A program made the translations under genes and the position numbers. A stretch of 64,000 nucleotides of DNA from Octopus vulgaris (Eukaryota), in NCBI GenBank assembly GCA_951406725.2, contig OX597821.1, forward strand, positions 17,236,001-17,300,000, written 5' to 3'. Positions 53,343 to 64,000 of the stretch are shown here, in pieces. How positions within the stretch are numbered: the first letter of the stretch is position 1; each line of letters starts with the position of its first letter. The notes under the pieces are model-generated. The model saw nothing but the letters and a program-made list of their open reading frames with translations. It had not been told where the DNA came from and did no database searches.

Positions 53343-53590
53343 GGAGGCGCAATGGCCCAGTGGTTAGGGCAGCGGACTCGCGGTCATAGGATCGCGGTTT
53401 CGATTCCCAGACCGGGCGTTGTGAGTGTTTATTGAGCGAAAACACCTAAAAGCTCTACGAGGCTCCGGCAGGGGATGGTGGTGATCCCTACTGTACTCTT
53501 TCACCACAACTTTCTCTCACTCTTACTTCCTGTTTCTGTTGTACCTGTATTTCAAGGGGCCGGCTTACCACACAGCCACTCCTACGCTTA
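53343..53590 (+). mobile_element. 3'-truncated SINE A fused to the inverted head of SINE B
   Basis: Family A sequence runs to ...caaggggccggc (about 53564), then cttaccacacagccactcctacgc, the reverse complement of the family B head. Confidence 0.85.
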
Positions 53591-54029
53591 TGGTGTTGTA
53601 ACGTCTCCTGGAGACTTGAATGCGTAGCGGGTTTGATGCCTGAAGCCTACAGTACCATGCTGTCTGATCTGTTCAACTATCTAATACTTTCTTCATTACT
53701 CTGGCCGTGACAAGGAGGCAAAACTTTTGAAACAGTTCTACTGGACACTCTATTCCGATTTCCTATATATTCCTCTTGATGCCATCTGATACTGTCCCCA
53801 ACGACCCAACATTAACTGGCACTATCTTCACCTTCATTTTTTTCCATAGCCGGGCTATTTCGTACTTAAGAGGATTTTATATATATATTTTTTAGCCTTC
53901 CTTCTTGGTTATTCGTGGGTAAAAGGGGCACGCAACATCAACTATATTGCACATCTTTTCTTATTATAATTTTTTTCTCCTCCTCCTTCTTCTTCTTATT
54001 ATTATTATTACATTTGAAAATTCCTTTTC

Positions 54030-54433
54030 CTTTTCTACTCTAGGCACAAGGCCCGAAATTTTGGGTGAGAGGGACAGTTGGTTAGATCGATCCAGTTAAC
54101 TGTAAGTTAACTGGTACTTAATTTATCGACCCTGAAAGGATGAAAGGCAATGTCGACCTCGGCGGAATATGAACTCAGAACATAAAGACAGACGAAATAC
54201 CTATTTCTTTACTACTCACAAAAGCTAAACACAGAGAGGACACACAAGGACAGACAAACGGATTAAGTCGATTATATTGACCCCAGTGCGTAACTGGTAC
54301 TTATTTAATCGACCCCGAAAGGATAAAAGTCAAAGTCGATCTTGGCAGAATTTGAACTCAGAAGGTAACTGCAGGCGAAATACGGCTACGCATTTCGCCC
54401 GGCGTGCTAACGTTTCTGGCAGCTCACCGCCTT
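54030..54433 (-). mobile_element. Dimeric SINE family C (two Nin/Deu-like domains)
   Basis: The ctggtactta...cgacccygaaaggatraaag...gaactcagaa...cgaaatac block occurs twice (about 54110-54200 and 54293-54383). Confidence 0.85.
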
Positions 54434-55960
54434 ACATTCTTCATGTTCTTCTTCAGATCACAGACTCGATAAATCTTTGAATTAAATATATTTTTATGGC
54501 TGTGTGCATCTATGTTTGTTACTGTCACTCTGGAATAAATCCTGAAATTTGTCATCTATTTTTATTGTTATATCTATGCTCTGGTAATTATTTTTAGAAT
54601 CGTTCTTTTTTTATATATACTTCTCTTATCTATAGAACTTCAGCCCAGAGAATTATGATCAAAAGTAAACGGATATCCAACCACAACTATTCCACCAAAC
54701 TCTGGCTGTGGAATACGAAAAGAGGTTATAACAAAATGTCATTGCATAAAATATAACATGTATTACACCTTTTCAGGAATTAGTATTATTACAATACAAA
54801 AACAAATACGAGTTCGAAAATTTCCCTCATCAACAACAAAGAACAAATATGTAAATAAAGGAATAAACTTCAGATAACTAATGCATTTTACGAATTCATG
54901 TTTTAAATACGAAAATTGTAAACGTCATGTCCTAGTTACGTTAGACATAAAAGCATTTCACTATCTCACTAGTTTACTATGTATATACAATAGATAGCCA
55001 TTTCTGCGTATTATATTACCCAGTAGATTGATAGGATCATTACAGAATTGGAGAAACGCATTATAATAAATTATTATAGAAAATGGGAGAAAGGCGGAGA
55101 CTACAGTAAATATCTCATCACATAGGAACATATTGAGTGGCGAACATGAGAGAAAATATAAACATCCGGTAAGATAGAGGCTTTTAGGTTAAATATGCAG
55201 CTTGCGGTCATCGATTTTTTCTTTCATGCAATTATGATTTACGAAAGGTAAGTTATCGCAATCATCTAACTTTGGTATTCGAACCTGCTCTCTGAACTCT
55301 GAATTCAAATCTCGTTCAGATCGGTTTTGCTTTTTGCCCATTTGCAAACGATAAATTACCCAATTCTGAGTCGATTCTTCTTCTCTCACACTTCCTCTTT
55401 CTCTATCTATTATCTCTCTCTCTCTCCCACTTTATCCCTCTCTCTTTCTCTCTCTCCCCTTTTCCTTCTCTCTCTCTCTCTAGCTCGCTCGCTCGTTCGC
55501 TCTCTGAAAACATTGGCTGTATTGGATCTTGTCGGTTTTAGAAATATCTAGGACATGCTATATACCACGACGGTCAGCCTTGCATTCGAAATTGAATGTC
55601 CAAGGATCAGGAAAGGATGTGCGAAAGGAAACACATTTCACTGCTTGAATTTAGGGAAAAACATTTAAACAGTTTATTAAATTCCTAGCTGAGTTCGTGA
55701 GATTATCTAAGATAATTCATTTCCCGTCAATACGATGTAGAATGTTTAGACTCAATCTATCAGGTCAGTTGATTTGCCCGAACTAAGGTAACTCTTCTAC
55801 GCCCGATGATTCCGATCGAGCGATGAGGCATGAATGTCTGGCCTGGGTGGTAGTCCCAATAATCATTCTCTAGCTGAAATGTCTCATCTGCGCAACAGAC
55901 AACAGCAAGTGGTTCACTGACTAAATAGTTGATACTAGCCGTTGTCAATTTGCATAACCG

Positions 55961-56342
55961 TGGAGGCGCAATGGCCCAGTGGTTAGGGCAGCGGACTCGA
56001 TGGTCGCAGGATCGCGGTTTCGACTCCCAGACCGGGCGTTGTGAGTGTTTATTGAGCGAAAACACCTAAAGCTCCACGAGGCTCCGGCAGGGATGGTGGT
56101 GATCCCTGCTGTACTCTTTCACCACAACTTTCTCTCACTCTTACTTCCTGTTTCTGTTGTACCTGTATTTCAAAGGGCCGGCCTTGTCACTCTCTGTGTC
56201 ACGCTGAATATCCCCGAGAACTACGTTAAGGGTGCACGTGTCTGTGGAGTGCTCAGCCACTTACACGTTAATTTCACGAGCAGGCTGTTCCGTTGATCGG
56301 ATCAACCGGAACCCTCGTCGTCGTAACCGACGGAGTGCTTTC
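55961..56342 (+). mobile_element. Full-length SINE family A
   Basis: 27-bp TSD agttgatactagccgttgtcaatttgc at 55927-55953 and 56343-56369. Confidence 0.95.
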
Positions 56343-56770
56343 AGTTGATACTAGCCGTTGTCAATTTGCTTACTGCTACTTCGTTGGACATATAAAGACC
56401 CAATAGGTTTATCAGCCAAAATAGCATCCCATGATTTCAATGTGCCCTGAACGGTGGTTAAATGCTATTTATTGTATATTGTACAACCCACAGTTTTCCA
56501 GTAGATTTCCAAGTTGTTGATACCATTGTCCTTCAAATTTCATGTATAAATGGGGAAAATCTCTTCATTTTGGAAAATCAAAGTATGGTTGAGATAATGT
56601 TTCTTCAATTTTCCCACCGGCAACCAACTGTAATATTTTGTTTTAGCTTATTATTAATAGAATTATAACCACACATAACCGGGTTTTGGAAGTTTCTTTA
56701 TAAAACTAATTTTAGCCATGTGTAAGTTACTACTGCTTCATCAAACGCATTTTAACTGATTAATTTTTTT

Positions 56771-57150
56771 TACCAACCACATGGTTCCGGGTTCAGTCCC
56801 ACTGCATGGCACCTTGGGCAAGTGTCTTCTACAATAGCCTCGGGCCGACCAAAGCCTTGTGAGTGGATTTGGTAGACGGAAACTGAAAGAAGTCCGTCGT
56901 ATATATGTATATATATATATGTATGTGTGTGTGTGTTTGTGTGTCTGTGTTTGTCCCCCTAGCATTGCTTGACAACCGATGCTGGTGTGTTTATGTCCCC
57001 GTTACTTAGCGGTTCGGCAAAAAGAGACCGATAGAATAAGTACTAGGTTTACAATAGAATAAGTCCCGGGGTCGATTTTGCTCGATTAAAGGCGGTGCTC
57101 CAGTATGGCCGCAGTCAAATAACTGAAACAAGTAAAAGAGTAAAAGAGTA
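56771..57150 (+). mobile_element. SINE family B, slightly 5'-truncated
   Basis: accacatggttccgggttcagtccc...ccttgggcaagt...(TA)(TG)...aagtaaaagagtaaaagagtaa. Confidence 0.92.
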
Positions 57151-57511
57151 AATAAGGGGAAGATTAAAATTCTTATTCATATTTATAATCATTTCTTTCT
57201 GCTTTCTACGGAGGTGGTATAGGTATAGGGTTACACTTGCAAAAATTAACAAAGCTGATATATATATATATATATAGAAATTGTGATTCTACGACTGAAC
57301 TTCTTGAAAGTACTAATAAATTGGCGGGGTATAAGATTTTCTTTTTTTTTTTTTTTTCGGAATTTAATGGCATTAATTACACATATACATTATACTTGTA
57401 TTGACGAATATATTTGCAAAATTGCAAACTTATGTATCTGTATATAAATGTATATACATACATGAGCTGCATGAATATATCCAAAATCGCTTTGCTTAAA
57501 TGGTGTGTGAA

Positions 57512-57564
<53 letters not shown>

Positions 57565-58029
57565 CCCTCTATATTTTCTCTTTATTCTTTCTATCTATTT
57601 TTCCTCTCCATGTTCTCCCTATTTTTTCTTCCCTTTTCCTTTTCCTTCTCTTTGTTTCTATTTCCTTACAAGAAGAATGAACCATTCAAATCTATTTAAC
57701 ATTCACTCTATGTTGACTGGTGATACAGTATGGCCAGATTTTCGAAATCCAATGATCCCCTATACGCCTATTTAGTTACTAAATTTTACAAATGCACTTT
57801 CTCAGGGAGATATACCTATTATCATGGGTAATACTACATGTACTTTTCATATTTTTTATAGTGTGATGTAACTCTTTGGAATAACAATGCATGCGCCTGA
57901 AGAGAGCTTTAAACCATCTTTTATATCTATTATACACTGATGTAAGAACAGGTCGTTTATAAAACTTGAAACACGTGTACCGCGACAACGTTTGTTTTCT
58001 GCTTTTGATTTTATTTGATATATATATAT

Positions 58030-58616
58030 TCTTTTATTCTTTTACTTGTTTCAGTAATTTGATTGCAGCCATGCTGAAGCATCACCTTAAAAGGCATTTT
58101 AGTCGAAGAAATCGATCCAAGGTCTTATTTATTGTAAGCTTATTCCTTTTGACAAGCCTGTATGTAACATGGACGTAAACACACCAGCTACGGTTGTCAA
58201 GTGATGGCGGCGGGGACAGACATAGACACAAAGACATATGTGGATTGTTGGCGATTTTTTCCTCCCTTTTTCTTTTCTCTTGAGGTTTTTTCTGTCTCCT
58301 GTTTCTCATGAAGAGCTCTGCTCGAAATGTAAAAACCCTTTCTTTCCTTCCCTGAGCGTCTTATAAATACTTTGCATGTACCATGCCCTCGCGTTGTTGT
58401 TTTTTCCCTGTGTTTTCTCCATTTTTTTATTATTAATTTCATATATATATATACCGCGGGCTTCTTTCAGTTTCAGTTTACCAAATCCACTCACTTGACT
58501 TTGGTTGGCCCGAGGTTATAGTAAAACACAATTTCCCAAGGTGTCATGCAGTGGGACTGAAACCAGAACAATATGGTTGGGAAGCAAGCTTCTTACCACA
58601 TAGCCATGCTTATACC
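58030..58616 (-). mobile_element. SINE family B split by an insertion in its internal microsatellite
   Basis: 3' half at 58030-58240 and 5' half at 58455-58616, in the same orientation. Confidence 0.85.
58241..58440 (+). mobile_element. Short PLE-derived element with decayed hammerhead motif (58301-58336)
   Basis: gttt CTcATGA a GAGC tct GCTC GAAAt GTA aaaac; downstream cctgagcg as in the 38.4-kb element; 5' part gttggcgattttttcctc is shared with the fragment at 25344-25388. Confidence 0.65.
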
Positions 58617-58649
58617 TGTATATACATGTAAGTTTTATTTTTTATCTTT

Positions 58650-58864
58650 CATCTTTTATTTGTTTCAGCCATTAGACTGCGGCCATGCTGGTGCACAGCC
58701 CTGAAGAATTTTCAGTCGAATGTATCGACGGTAGTACTTATTGTCTAAAACCTGGTACTTATTCTATCGGTCACTTGTGCTAAGCCGCCGCCAAGTTACA
58801 GGGGCATAAACACACTTACACCGGTTGTCAAGCGGTGGTGAGGGACAAACACAGACACAATCAA

Positions 58865-58902
<38 letters not shown>

Positions 58903-59019
58903 TTATACATATATACGACGGGCTTCTTTCAGTTAGCCTCTACCAAACCCACTCACAAGGTCTTGGTTGGCCCGAAGCCAAAGCAGAAGCCATTTGTCCA
59001 AGCGTCAACGCCTGCTCCT
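58650..59019 (-). mobile_element. SINE family B with internal deletion
   Basis: Tail, (CA)n and ggcttctttcag...acaagg present; head shortened. Confidence 0.85.
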
Positions 59020-59052
59020 ATGTACACACTTATATATATAAACACGCGCGCG

Positions 59053-59090
<38 letters not shown>

Positions 59091-59649
59091 CGGGTTAGGC
59101 CGGTTTATGGGGTTACCCTGAGTTTCTTACGACGTATCTTTAGACTCCAAACACTGCTGGCCTGAGACCTCTTCAAAATATGGAAGGAGAAAAGACTCGT
59201 TTTCAAGGGTAAAACGCTATGATGATTATCTCCCTTCGCCATTGTCCATCGATCTTCGCCCGCACTGCCATCTATATATACATATATACAATTCAAAACA
59301 GTTTGACACAATTTCATGCGACGTACAGTCCCACAGGCCCTTAACACTAACTAGTTCGTCTCTTTCAGGCTTTGGATTGTCGATTGGAGAGATACAGGAA
59401 GTCCAAGATGACAATCGGAAGACAGGCTGCTATTGGTCAAGACCTGTCACATGATGTTGTCAAAGAATATCAGTTGCTCAGCAACTGCAGTTCCTTTAGA
59501 ACTAGCCGCCAGACTAGGAGGCTCCACCTGCTTCCTGTCCAGCCAAGCGGTCAAAGAAATTTCCCCTTTCTAACGGAGCTGCTTTATTGAACAAACATTA
59601 GTGTGCGTGCGTGCGTGTGTGTGTGTGTGTGTGCACATGTATACTCTCT

Positions 59650-60063
59650 CTTTTCTCTTTTACTCTTTTACTTGTTTCAGTCATTTGACTGCGGCCATGT
59701 TAGGGCACAGCCCTTAATCGAGCAACTCGACCCCGGGACTTATTCTTTTGTAAGCCCAGTACTTATCCTATCGGTCTCTTTTGCCGAACCGCTAAGTAAC
59801 GGGGACATAAACACACCAGCATCGGTTGTCAAGCAATGCTAGGGGGACAAACACACACACACAAACACACACACACATATATATATACATACATATATTC
59901 GACGGGCTTCTTTCAGTTTCCGTCTACCAAATCCATTCACAAGGCTTTGGTTGGCCCGAGGCTATAGTAGAAGAAACTTGCCCAAGGTGCCACGCAGTGG
60001 GACTGAACCCAGAACCATGTGGTTGGTAAACAAGCTACTTACCATGCAGCCACTCCTGCGCCT
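59650..60063 (-). mobile_element. Full-length SINE family B
   Basis: Head aggcgcaggagtggctg through the (gtaaaaga)n tail on the minus strand. Confidence 0.93.
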
Positions 60064-60689
60064 ATGTATGTATATTTATTTTTACCTGTTCCTTTTTTTC
60101 TTCATGAAACCTCCATCTTACGATACTGCTAAAAATTCGAAACAAGAATTCTATTATAAAACTTATTAGCTATTCTACAGGTTAGAACGACTGAACTGGA
60201 GACCAGAACCACACTGACCGATAGTCTCCAGATATTTCTAGTAAAAGCCATCTGTTGTGATAATATTTTCTTTATAGTTTCTTTTAACATTATTGCTTCT
60301 ATAAATTATATGTCAGCCTCAGACATACTTTTAGCACTTAACGTACTATACTTAACGTAATATACTTTATACTTGTGTTTTCTGTTTGTTTCTGCTTCTG
60401 TGCGTGTCTGTGTTTGTGTCGTTATGCGCGCGCGTGTGTATGTGTGTGTTTGAGTGTGCGAGTTACTAGACATACTTTGAAGACATAATGTACAATGATT
60501 TATATTATATAGTTACGTTGTATACTGTTTGTTTAAGTGTTTTGACATGAGTATATGTTTGAGCGTGCGTGAAAGACATTTGCTAATGAGCTTTCTAGAC
60601 GATAAATCTTAACATTCCAGAACTTGAATACACCTAAACCATATATAATGAACAACTACTCGATGTTTTGACACGGATATTATCACACG

Positions 60690-60692
<3 letters not shown>

Positions 60693-60774
<82 letters not shown>

Positions 60775-60782
60775 ATACATAT

Positions 60783-60822
<40 letters not shown>

Positions 60823-60831
60823 CATACATAT

Positions 60832-60862
<31 letters not shown>

Positions 60863-60882
60863 CATATGTATATATGTATATG

Positions 60883-60970
<88 letters not shown>

Positions 60971-60984
60971 TATGTATATATATA
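60693..60984. repeat. Long interrupted (TA)n microsatellite
   Basis: Direct reading. Confidence 0.95.
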
Positions 60985-61239
60985 TTGGACACCGATTTAC
61001 GCATACCGAGATGTCCAACACATATACGTACATACACAGCTTACACACAGTACACATAGAACAAACGCATAACTTAGTGCTAATGAGGAAACCTCTGCGT
61101 GCTGTCTTGATCTGTTACATATAGTAAGCAAATCTCCAAACAACCAAATCCTACACTCTTAAATAAATAACATAAAGTCTTGCGTTATTAGTTTCATTAG
61201 GCATAGAAAAATTGTCTCAGAATAACACACATGCTGCGA

Positions 61240-61700
61240 AAGTTTCAGGGTATTTTACATCAAGTATTTTACATGAAGCCCAGGTCATCGATGTCTTTTG
61301 TCTGCTGTTCTGAACTCTGAGCTGTATTTTTCTCCTTCCCTCCAGTACGATCTCTGTTTTTGTTTTGCTATGTTTTGTTTTGTTTTTTTTCAGCTCTGTC
61401 TTTCGGATTTTGCAGCACGGCCTCGTGTGTTTCCTTAGGGGAAGAACTGCCTCTCTCAAGTCTTGTTAGTTTTTGAATAGTTATCGATGCTTCTGCAACT
61501 ATGTAGGGGTGATGGCCCTATACAAACTCATTTTACCTCTTGGAAGAAGTGATACATATTAGTATGGACCCTATCCTTTAACTTGTCCACTATAGGAGGT
61601 CCTACTAAGTGCTTGCACTCTAGTGACATGGTTCTCGGGGTCACTGAGGCACAAAAGCCACCAGAATGCAGCAAGGAATGACCTTGTGGTGGTCACAAGC
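61240..61700 (-). mobile_element. Possible RTE-clade LINE remnant (5' region and EN-RT linker)
   Basis: Minus strand gtgcctcagtgaccccgagaaccatg...agtaggacctcc resembles RTE 5' regions from memory; protein motifs are weak. Confidence 0.35.
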
Positions 61701-62419
61701 ACTCAATAACCACTCCTCCCAGTCCCTGTCCCCGGAGTTCCGACCCCTGGAATCCCCTCTTCGCTCATGCCTTCCACATCCTCCAGATTGAGCAAGCTAG
61801 ATGATGACAGCTTCCTGGTCTTCTGAATTGTTGAGAAGGTCATACATACTGTCTTTACTCTAAATAATATAAAAAAGAAAAAAAATTAGTTTTAGAAGAG
61901 AAAAGGGGTGTAAAGAATATTTTTGTTTGTTATGGGTAACACACATATTTATTATATGTGACATCACGAACACATATCAAACGTTTTGTAATGCTCGGTT
62001 AAAATAACTAAATAGATAATTTTTGATGATACAAATAGCAGCAAAACTCATTCTTAAATTGCACGCCACTATCATGAAAAAAAACAGAGCATATTGATGA
62101 TAAGTCCCGAAATGACTTTATGTCTAGTCGACCTGAGATGACCTGAAGCTAGACAAGGACAATTATAACGAAATGCTTGTTTCAGATTTGAGTACAAATG
62201 TAAGTGATGGTAAAATGCCGGGCAACAGCTATTAAAATATTGATTTTAGTATCACTAAGTAGCTAGTAGATCTACAAGAAAATTTGTTCACACTTTATTG
62301 TATATGATACTATCTCAAAACTGACTGCAACCGATTTTCTCCTTTTTTTTGTTTTTGTTTGAGTGTGTGTATTTTAATGACTGTTATGACATTTCTACGA
62401 TTTAATTGCTTTAGCCTCA

Positions 62420-63185
62420 ACAAAAGATCTAAGAAAATAGAAACATTCCCCACACACAAACCTCAAGACTACGAACCCATTAAGGTGATTAAGTCAGACC
62501 TGCCTTGAATAACTAGGGTCATTAGCTTGGGTGATCATAGTAGACTTCCACTTGTAAGACGGTACTTCTGCAGTGCATAAAGACATCCTTGATCATATCC
62601 AAAGAATAGCTACACGATTGATTGGCAGAGAGTCACTCACCAAAATGCTCAAGCTGCTAGCCCAAACAAATTACCTCCTCTCTCTGCTTCAGTGCTTTTC
62701 AAACTTTTTGCTGGAGCGGAACCCCAAGGAAACATTCCCCTGGCTCGAGGAACCCCTGTCCAATAATTTAATAGTCTTGTGCACACATATCTGCACAGGA
62801 GAATTAAAAATTACTGCCGATTTTAGCAGTTTTGTAAATTCTTGCGGAACCCTGGTTGAAAACCACTGCTCTGCTTTTTCTAAAGACACTACAGTATCCA
62901 CTATTCCGTGCATTGGCTATTTGCCACTTCCATTCAAACACTCTCATCTCATTCTTCTCCCAGCTTTGGCTCCGCACTGATGGGCGGGTCTAGGGTCATT
63001 AGCTTGGGTGATCATAGTAGACTTCAGTTAAAACTACAACATACTACCCTCCCATAAGCCCCAGACTAACCATCCACTTCTTCCTATTGTCTTTCTCACT
63101 ACGTTGGCGCCAAGGAATCAACGCTCTGCCAACATATTTCCTACACCTGACAAACTACAGCCATTTAACAACATCTCAGAGATTT
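62420..63185 (+). pseudogene. Decayed CR1/L2-like LINE 3' fragment
   Basis: VRPALE...HL*DG...ILDHIQRIATRLIG...LTKMLKLLA, and later NIFPTPDKLQPF. Confidence 0.6.
62690..62868. mobile_element. hAT MITE (179 bp)
   Basis: TIRs cagtgcttttcaa / ttgaaaaccactg; 8-bp TSD ctctgctt at 62682-62689 and 62869-62876. Confidence 0.92.
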
Positions 63186-64000
63186 CTTTATAGGCTAACA
63201 ATGAAAGATTTTATAATAAAGGAATGAATGAATATTATGCTGCTGACACCTTTCTCAAGTGCACCATCAAGAAGTTGCAACGGAGGAAATAGAAACCGAA
63301 CCACGCCGTCTTGACTGCTTATCAACTTACATCTTACTCTGCACGTGGTAATCAAATATTTACACAGCATCTCGCTTGCCAATTAATCTAACATGTATCA
63401 GAGTTAATGTGTGTTTTTCTGAACGTTGGTAAAGCTTCCGTGTATGCGTCTGTAGCATGTGTATGCATATTCGTTTTTGCGTGCATGCAAATGATAAAGA
63501 TATATATCTAAAAGTGTTGGAAAGAGCTATAGATAGAGATTGTATACGTGATGTGCTACGAAGTGAACGCGTGTAATATTTGCATTAAAATAGTGGAGAC
63601 GAGACATCGGTTAGAAATTATATTTCTATTCCGTGTTGAACTGAGGGATAAACTTAATACTAATTCGTAATCGTTCAGAGTCCATTTCATAAGCTGTATC
63701 AATGGGTTGCTCAGAATAGATGAATAGCGTAAAAGATTGAGGGCAGATTTTCTACTCCGAAGGGAATTTTGCAGATTATTGGCAAAAATCCCTGAGGTGT
63801 TACATGAATGTGACAACACGAAAATTAATTAATGTTCGTGTCAGTGGCCATGCCGACACAATATAAATGTTAACATGATTGATTTCCTGGCGCACCAGCG
63901 TATTCACTCGGTCTACTCTTTTACATTCACACACATACACACACATACACATACACACACATACACATACACACACATACACATACACACACATACACAT

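Noticed and set aside
59110-59590. GC-richer segment with several short ORFs
   Set aside because: Probably a decayed retroelement, but I found no diagnostic motif, so it is left unannotated.
61705-61860. Possible minus-strand host exon after a pyrimidine tract and AG
   Set aside because: The short peptide has no recognisable motif, there are no partner exons, and it abuts an RTE-like remnant.

Overview
AT-rich eukaryotic (animal) non-coding DNA made almost entirely of repeats. The tRNA-derived SINE families, dense TA/GT/ATT/GAA microsatellites and R4/Dong LINEs resemble an octopus (coleoid cephalopod) genome; this is an inference, not a database result. I found no convincing host protein-coding exon, and nearly all ORFs in the track come from microsatellites, satellite DNA or decayed transposons. 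Main contents: (1) a head-to-tail array of three R4/Dong-clade non-LTR retrotransposons inside (TAA)n tracts at 17.1-24.5 kb, with reiterated junction sequences; (2) three SINE families with many copies; (3) Penelope-like element (PLE) fossils and a scattered set of short non-coding elements carrying hammerhead-ribozyme motifs, inserted in (TA)n/(TG)n tracts and several times inside the internal microsatellite of a SINE; (4) Tc1/mariner fossils, hAT and mariner MITEs and non-autonomous Helitrons; (5) a 3.4-kb CpG-rich satellite of 8-bp monomers in 121/129-bp higher-order repeats. All coordinates and alignments were read by eye.
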